NCBI GenBank assembly: GCA_038735675.1
Contig: JAVYNJ010000011.1
Span: 1 to 19,447, forward strand
From: Nanopusillaceae archaeon
Lineage (GTDB): Archaea; Nanobdellota; Nanobdellia; Nanobdellales; Nanobdellaceae
Direction of reading: 5' to 3'
Length of the DNA: 19,447 nucleotides
Shown: positions 15,008 through 19,447 of the stretch, piece after piece
Layout of the letters: the number at the start of each line of letters is the position of its first letter
Position numbering within the stretch: position 1 is the stretch's first letter
Made by a program: the position numbers and the translations under genes
Notes under the pieces: generated by a model
Databases searched by the model: none
Told to the model about the DNA's origin: nothing
What the model saw: the letters and a program-made list of their open reading frames with translations, nothing else

Positions 15008-15277
15008 TTAAGAGACATATTTTTCCTTTTTGTTAATATTATCGACTAAATAATATTCATTGTTGTTATATCTAACTAAATACATGGACCTATCATTTAA
15101 ATGTAAGTAACCTTTTATTTCTAGTGATAAATATTGTGTTAAAGATAAAGAAATCTTTTCACATTCTTCAGTTTTAATATTATATGCTATAATTTCTTTT
15201 TTGAACGCTTTAATTATATCGTCTAGCTTTTTTCTACTTTTGTAATAATATTTAAACAATTCAGTTATACAGCTCAT
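15008..15277 (-). CDS. Hypothetical protein (89 aa), no recognisable domain
   Basis: An uninterrupted ORF in the only frame filling this gap. A TATA-like CTATAATTTTAT (minus) lies about 30 nt upstream. I recognise no motif. Confidence 0.5.
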   Translation of the reverse strand: MSCITELFKYYYKSRKKLDDIIKAFKKEIIAYNIKTEECEKISLSLTQYLSLEIKGYLHLNDRSMYLVRYNNNEYYLVDNINKKEKYVS

Positions 15278-15377
15278 AAAAAATATTTAAAAATAAAAAA
15301 AATAAAATTATAGCCCTAAAAATTTTTATTGTTTTTTATTTTCTTTTTTCTTAGATTTGCAAGCCATTATGATATTG

Positions 15378-16058
15378 TTATTTTAAATCTTTATAAACAA
15401 ACCACCAATCATACATTTGAGCTTCTCCCTTCTTTACTAGCTTTTCTCTTTCTTCTTTTTCAGAAATAGATCTTGCAGGAGGAATAATTACCTTATTTCC
15501 GACAATAGATGAAGATTTCCATTCTAATTTGTCAACATTCCAATTTGCTGGAGTAGCTACTTTATTTTTGTCAGAAGTTTGTAAAGCTAAAACCATTCTA
15601 TAAATTTCTGTAATGTTTCTTCCAATTTCTTGAGGATAATATAAAATAGCTCTTATATTTCCTTCAGGATCTACAATAAATACAGCTCTTACAGTATTTG
15701 TTCCTTTGTATGGTGATATCATTCCCAATCTTTCAGCTAATTTTCCCTGATCATCTGCAATTATTGGAAATGTTATCTCTACATTTAATTTTTCTTTTAT
15801 CCATTCAATCCATTTTATATGACTAAATACTTGATCTATAGATAAACCTATAAGCTCTGTATTTATTTCTCTAAACTTTTGATGCATTTTTGCGAATTCT
15901 ACAAATTCTGTAGTACATACCGGTGTAAAATCTGCTGGATGGCTAAATAAAACCCACCATTTTCCTTTAAAGTACTCTGGTAGTTTTATTTTTCCTATAG
16001 TTGTTTGTACCTCTATTTCTGGAAACTTCTCTCCTAAAAGTGGAATTCTGCCCTCCAT
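15378..16058 (-). CDS. Peroxiredoxin, Prx6-like subfamily, 1-Cys form
   Basis: Peroxidatic motif [12 protein letters not shown]. The long C-terminal arm ends ...[12 protein letters not shown]. There is only one Cys in the whole protein. Confidence 0.93.
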   Translation of the reverse strand: MEGRIPLLGEKFPEIEVQTTIGKIKLPEYFKGKWWVLFSHPADFTPVCTTEFVEFAKMHQKFREINTELIGLSIDQVFSHIKWIEWIKEKLNVEITFPIIADDQGKLAERLGMISPYKGTNTVRAVFIVDPEGNIRAILYYPQEIGRNITEIYRMVLALQTSDKNKVATPANWNVDKLEWKSSSIVGNKVIIPPARSISEKEEREKLVKKGEAQMYDWWFVYKDLK

Positions 16059-16080
16059 GGTATATTAGTTAGAAAATAGT

Positions 16081-16088
16081 TTTATAAA
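16081..16088 (-). promoter_or_regulatory. Candidate TATA box for the peroxiredoxin gene
   Basis: TTTATAAA (palindromic consensus-like) is centred about 26.5 nt upstream of the ATG at 16058. Confidence 0.45.
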
Positions 16089-16124
16089 GTTATTTTATGA
16101 GATTAAAAATTTCTATTTTCGAAC

Positions 16125-16559
16125 TTAAAAAACTTTTTCTATAAGTATAGCTGGGCACACGTCCGTAACGCCATCTATTTCTTTAATAATTTTTATAAAC
16201 TTTTCTAAATCCTCTTGTTCTTTATAAACAAATTCTAACAAAATATCGTGATCACCTACCGATATATATATAGATTTTAAATTTTCTATTTTTGGAATTT
16301 TTTTAATAACATCAAAAAGTTTGTTTTTTTGGACATTTATCCCTATTATAACTAATTTATAATCTAAAAGTTTATAATCTAATTCTATTGTAAACTTTCT
16401 TATAATTCCAATTCTTTTTAATTTTTCTATTCTTTTTCTTACAGCCGCTTCTGTAATTCCAACAAATTTTGCTATTTGAGTATTATGAATTCTGGAATTT
16501 TTTTCAAGTATTTTAAGTATTTTGAGGTCTATTTCATCGATTTTTGATTTTCGTACCAT
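16125..16559 (-). CDS. Lrp/AsnC-family transcriptional regulator
   Basis: N-terminal HTH (DEIDLKILKILEKNSRIHNTQIAKFVGITEAAVRKRIEKLKRIGIIRKF) plus a C-terminal RAM/ACT-like domain. Confidence 0.9.
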   Translation of the reverse strand: MVRKSKIDEIDLKILKILEKNSRIHNTQIAKFVGITEAAVRKRIEKLKRIGIIRKFTIELDYKLLDYKLVIIGINVQKNKLFDVIKKIPKIENLKSIYISVGDHDILLEFVYKEQEDLEKFIKIIKEIDGVTDVCPAILIEKVF

Positions 16560-16581
16560 ATAATTCTAAGATAGATAAAAA

Positions 16582-16589
16582 TTTATATA
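16582..16589 (-). promoter_or_regulatory. Candidate TATA box for the lrp-like gene
   Basis: The plus strand reads TTTATATA (minus TATATAAA), centred about 26.5 nt upstream of the ATG at 16559. Confidence 0.4.
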
Positions 16590-16657
16590 TTTATTTAAAA
16601 TTAACAATAATTTATTATTTATGATATTTTTTAATTTAACGGCGAAAATCTTTTTCT

Positions 16658-17407
16658 TTGCCAAAAATGACCCTTTTATATATAGCAAATAACGCTATAA
16701 TACGTTTAGGTTTTTTAAAAAACTCTAAAAACGAAAAAAAGCTTTATATATTTTTAAAAGATTTTGAAGAGAAAAAGGGAGAAACAAGCTTTTCTTGTAA
16801 TGATTATATAATTGAAATAAAAAATGGAAATTTGGTAGAATTAGATTTATTGTTAATGAAAGAAGAAAACAATACTATCTATATAGATTCATATGAGATA
16901 AAATCTTCTAAGAAAAATTTTAAACTTAAAAATATAGACCAACTGTCTAAGCAGGGTTTATTTTTATTATTTTTAGTTATGGATGGCCTTTTAATAAAGA
17001 AAGGAGATTTATGTATTGTAGATAATAAAAATATAGACAATTATGTAGTTAGGGTTAAATATTTAAATGGAATTAATGAGAACAATTTAAAAAGTTTGAA
17101 TTTAAAAGAGAAGATAGATTACTTAGATAAAAATAGCCATCTATTTTATGATATAAGAATAGAAAATAAAGGTAATCACTATTTAGTTAATTTTTATGGA
17201 ATGTTTTCCAATGGAACATATTATGAGATAATGGAGATAGAAAAAGAGAAAATAAAGAACTATATTGACATTTTATCAAGAAATTATAAAAATATTATCA
17301 AAAAATTTTTATTAAACAATATTAGAGATAATCTAAATAAAAAGGAAAGTTTAATGAATATTATAAAAAACTCTATATCTCAAAACTCTTTCCAGGATCA
17401 AGGATAA
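16658..17407 (+). CDS. Hypothetical protein with a possible PD-(D/E)xK nuclease-fold N-terminal domain
   Basis: Long uninterrupted ORF. The track start is TTG at 16658, and the first ATG is at 16667. LVELDLLLMKEENNTIYIDSYEIKSS fits the hhhD-x(n)-hhExK[ST] pattern. No other motif is recognised. Confidence 0.6.
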   Translation: MPKMTLLYIANNAIIRLGFLKNSKNEKKLYIFLKDFEEKKGETSFSCNDYIIEIKNGNLVELDLLLMKEENNTIYIDSYEIKSSKKNFKLKNIDQLSKQGLFLLFLVMDGLLIKKGDLCIVDNKNIDNYVVRVKYLNGINENNLKSLNLKEKIDYLDKNSHLFYDIRIENKGNHYLVNFYGMFSNGTYYEIMEIEKEKIKNYIDILSRNYKNIIKKFLLNNIRDNLNKKESLMNIIKNSISQNSFQDQG

Positions 17408-18065
17408 TAACTTCTACGCCAATTTTTTTAGCTTTTTCTTTAAATTCTTCTGGATTTGCTTTTATTAATGGAAATGTGTTGTAATGCATGGGAATAGCAA
17501 ACTTTGGTTTTATCATCTCTAAAGCTATTATCGCCTGATCGATATCCATTGTATATCTTCCTCCAATAGGTAATAACGCGACATCTATTCCGTTTGAAAT
17601 TTTTGGAATTAGCTCCATATCTTTAAATAATCCAGTATCTCCGGAATGATATATTTTTTTACCATCTATTTCAATTACATATCCACACGGATTTCCAGTA
17701 TATATTATTTTTTCATTTTCAATAATTCCTGAACTATGCCAAGCAGGAACCATCAATATTTTTGCATTTTTTATTTGAATAGAACCTCCATAATTTATTC
17801 CAATTGCTTTTATTCCATATTCTGATAAATAATTGGCTAATTCATATATTGCAACAACTTGGGAATTGTTTTTCTTTGCAATTTCAACTGTATCTCCTAA
17901 ATGATCCCCATGTCCATGTGTTACTAGTATTATATCTATATTGTTCAAATCTTTTGGCTTTATAGGACTTAAGGGATTTCCATTCAAAAAAGGATCTATT
18001 AAAATTTTCATATCTTTACTTTCTATTAAAAAAGAAGAATGTCCAAACCAAGTTATTTTTACCAT
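17373..18065 (-). CDS. UPF0173-type metal-dependent hydrolase (metallo-beta-lactamase fold)
   Basis: ITWFGHSSFLIE and VTHGHGDHLGD (HxHxDH), followed by YHSGDTG and HYNTFP. Confidence 0.85.
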   Translation of the reverse strand: MVKITWFGHSSFLIESKDMKILIDPFLNGNPLSPIKPKDLNNIDIILVTHGHGDHLGDTVEIAKKNNSQVVAIYELANYLSEYGIKAIGINYGGSIQIKNAKILMVPAWHSSGIIENEKIIYTGNPCGYVIEIDGKKIYHSGDTGLFKDMELIPKISNGIDVALLPIGGRYTMDIDQAIIALEMIKPKFAIPMHYNTFPLIKANPEEFKEKAKKIGVEVIILDPGKSFEI

Positions 18066-18098
18066 TAATATTAAAAAAAGTAAAAAAATAAATTTGTT

Positions 18099-19391
18099 AT
18101 GTATATTAGAGAAATACTTATGTTATTTATAATATTTGTGGGATTACTCTTCACATATTTTAACCTCTTTATGATTTATTTTTTCAAAGAAATAAAAAAG
18201 AAAAAATTAGACACATATCCTAAAGTTTCAATAATAGTTCCTGCATATAATGAAGAAAAAAATATTGAGGAAACAATAAATTCTTTACTAAATTTAGATT
18301 ATGATAAAGATAAGTTAGAAATAATAGTTGTGGATGATGGTTCAAAAGATAAAACATATGAAATAGCAAGAAAATACGAAGGAAAAAATGTGAAAGTTTT
18401 AAGAAAGGAAAATGGTGGAAAGGCTTCAGCTCTAAATTATGGATTAAAACATGCTAGTGGAGAATTTATTGTAACAATGGATGCAGATTCTATAGTTCCG
18501 AAGGATGCATTAAAGAAAATGCTAGAGTATTTTGATGAAGAAAATGTAATGGTTGTTGTTCCATCAATTCAAGTAAAGGAAAGAAAAAAGTTTTTAGAAA
18601 TGATACAAAGTGTAGAATATTCTTATAATAACTTTCTTAGAATGATATTTGATAAACTAAATAGTATCTATGTAGCACCAGGACCTTTTTCTATTTTTAG
18701 AAGAAAAGTTTTTGATATTGTCGGTGGTTTTGATGAGAAAAATTTAACAGAAGATATGGAAATTGCTATGAGAATTTTATCTTTTGGATTTAAAATAAGA
18801 TACTGTCCAGAAGTTGTTGTAAAAACAAAGGCTCCTAAAGGCTTCGTTTCATTATTAAAGCAAAGATTGAGATGGTATTTAGGTTTTATAGAGAATTTTT
18901 TAGTTTATAGGAAAAAGATAACTGATAAAATAGTAATTAATCTTGTTTTTAGTTCAGCAATACTTTTTATAATATTACCAATATTAAATTTATTTTTATT
19001 TCTATACGATATAATTAGATCTTTTTATTTACAATTTTTATTTTATTATCACATAGATTTTAACATAAAGCCAATTTTTGAATATTCAATTTCAAATTAT
19101 CATAATATTTTTGGAAATCTTTTAGTAGAATATTTATCTAGAGGTTTCTTTTTACTATTTTATAATATTGTTTTATTTTTAATATTCTTATTTTTCATTT
19201 TGAAATCTTGGAAAATTGAAAAAGAAAGAAGTAAAATATCATTATTTATTTACTCATTTGTATATATCTTTATGTATTCTATTTTTTGGATTATTGCAAT
19301 TTATTATAAAATATTTGGTAAAGAATTAAAATGGGGTGGTGTTGTTTGGAAAAATAGCTTAATTAATAAAATAAAAAATGGAAGTAAATAA
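18099..19391 (+). CDS. Membrane-integrated family-2 glycosyltransferase of the processive synthase type (NodC/IcaA-PgaC/chitin-cellulose-synthase-like)
   Basis: - N-terminal TM helix.
- VSIIVPAYNEE, VVDDGSKD and the MDADS (DxD) motif.
- The LTEDMEIA (TED) motif.
- KQRLRW, the Q(Q/R)xRW motif.
- A C-terminal block of several TM helices. Confidence 0.88.
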   Translation: MYIREILMLFIIFVGLLFTYFNLFMIYFFKEIKKKKLDTYPKVSIIVPAYNEEKNIEETINSLLNLDYDKDKLEIIVVDDGSKDKTYEIARKYEGKNVKVLRKENGGKASALNYGLKHASGEFIVTMDADSIVPKDALKKMLEYFDEENVMVVVPSIQVKERKKFLEMIQSVEYSYNNFLRMIFDKLNSIYVAPGPFSIFRRKVFDIVGGFDEKNLTEDMEIAMRILSFGFKIRYCPEVVVKTKAPKGFVSLLKQRLRWYLGFIENFLVYRKKITDKIVINLVFSSAILFIILPILNLFLFLYDIIRSFYLQFLFYYHIDFNIKPIFEYSISNYHNIFGNLLVEYLSRGFFLLFYNIVLFLIFLFFILKSWKIEKERSKISLFIYSFVYIFMYSIFWIIAIYYKIFGKELKWGGVVWKNSLINKIKNGSK

Positions 19392-19447
19392 AATTTTAAT
19401 TTTAGCTTTATTATTTTCTTTTTTAACATTTTTGTTAGGAATATCTT
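19378..19447 (+). CDS. Possible start of a downstream secreted or membrane protein, truncated by the window end
   Basis: The ATG at 19378 overlaps the last 14 nt of the GT2 gene. It reads MEVNKILILALLFSFLTFLLGIS..., which is signal-peptide/TM-like. Only 23 codons are visible. Confidence 0.3.
   Translation, partial: MEVNKILILALLFSFLTFLLGIS

Noticed and set aside
15326-15367. A 13-codon minus-strand mini-ORF (MACKSKKKENKKQ*) in the spacer between the peroxiredoxin gene and the 89-aa hypothetical gene
   Set aside because: It is too short and too low-complexity to distinguish from chance. It has no coupling signature and no convincing promoter geometry.
16356-16382. A 12-nt direct repeat at 15-nt period (TTTATAATCTAA x2) inside the lrp-like gene, encoding LDYKL-LDYKL
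   Set aside because: I first took it for a recent in-frame tandem duplication. However, the segment aligns in length with the normal linker/first beta-strand region of Lrp/AsnC proteins (..vDpekLGy.l.a..). There is therefore no insertion, and it is probably low-complexity coincidence.
1-19447. CRISPR arrays, IS elements, terminal inverted repeats, long direct repeats, and toxin-antitoxin or other defence gene pairs
   Set aside because: Reading through both strands, I found no periodic repeat-spacer pattern, no transposase-like ORF and no long repeated segment. Apart from two orphan ORFs, every gene has an ordinary housekeeping assignment. A dot-plot is needed to exclude short dispersed repeats.

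Overview
This is a very AT-rich archaeal chromosome segment, roughly one quarter G+C by eye (not computed). It is tightly packed, with many start/stop overlaps and intergenic spacers of 30-50 nt. The content is mostly housekeeping:
- **Left third:** AMMECR1 (edge-truncated), a small heat-shock protein, a NOG1-like GTPase, a metallophosphoesterase, a class II (B12) ribonucleotide reductase, tRNA-Ala(UGC), an encapsulated-ferritin-like protein and a XerA-type recombinase.
- **Middle:** a YbaK/ProX-like deacylase, an archaeal histone, MetAP, TruA, DUF72, tRNA-Lys(CUU), an FKBP PPIase, FtsZ, Spt5, SecE and ribosomal proteins L11/L1/P0.
- **Right third:** an MJ0936-type phosphodiesterase, a 1-Cys peroxiredoxin, Lrp/AsnC, a UPF0173 MBL hydrolase and a processive-type GT2 synthase.

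The two tRNAs and one unannotated roughly 110-nt island are strongly GC-rich against this background. That contrast is typical of thermophiles, and the whole picture resembles a reduced Nanoarchaeota/DPANN-like genome. This lineage call is inference; no search was run.

I see no defence island, CRISPR array or mobile element. The items most worth a second look are:
- an unannotated sRNA at 6505-6618 with H/ACA guide geometry and two K-loops;
- a 53-codon membrane mini-ORF coupled to rpl11;
- an in-place inversion of secE-spt5 between ftsZ and rpl11;
- a P0 stalk protein with no C-terminal tail and no adjacent P1/L12 gene;
- an orphan EncFtn-like gene;
- a tRNA wedged inside a protein-gene string;
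- an orphan 249-aa protein with a PD-(D/E)xK-like motif;
- a QxxRW polysaccharide synthase.

All functional calls come from motif recognition by eye.
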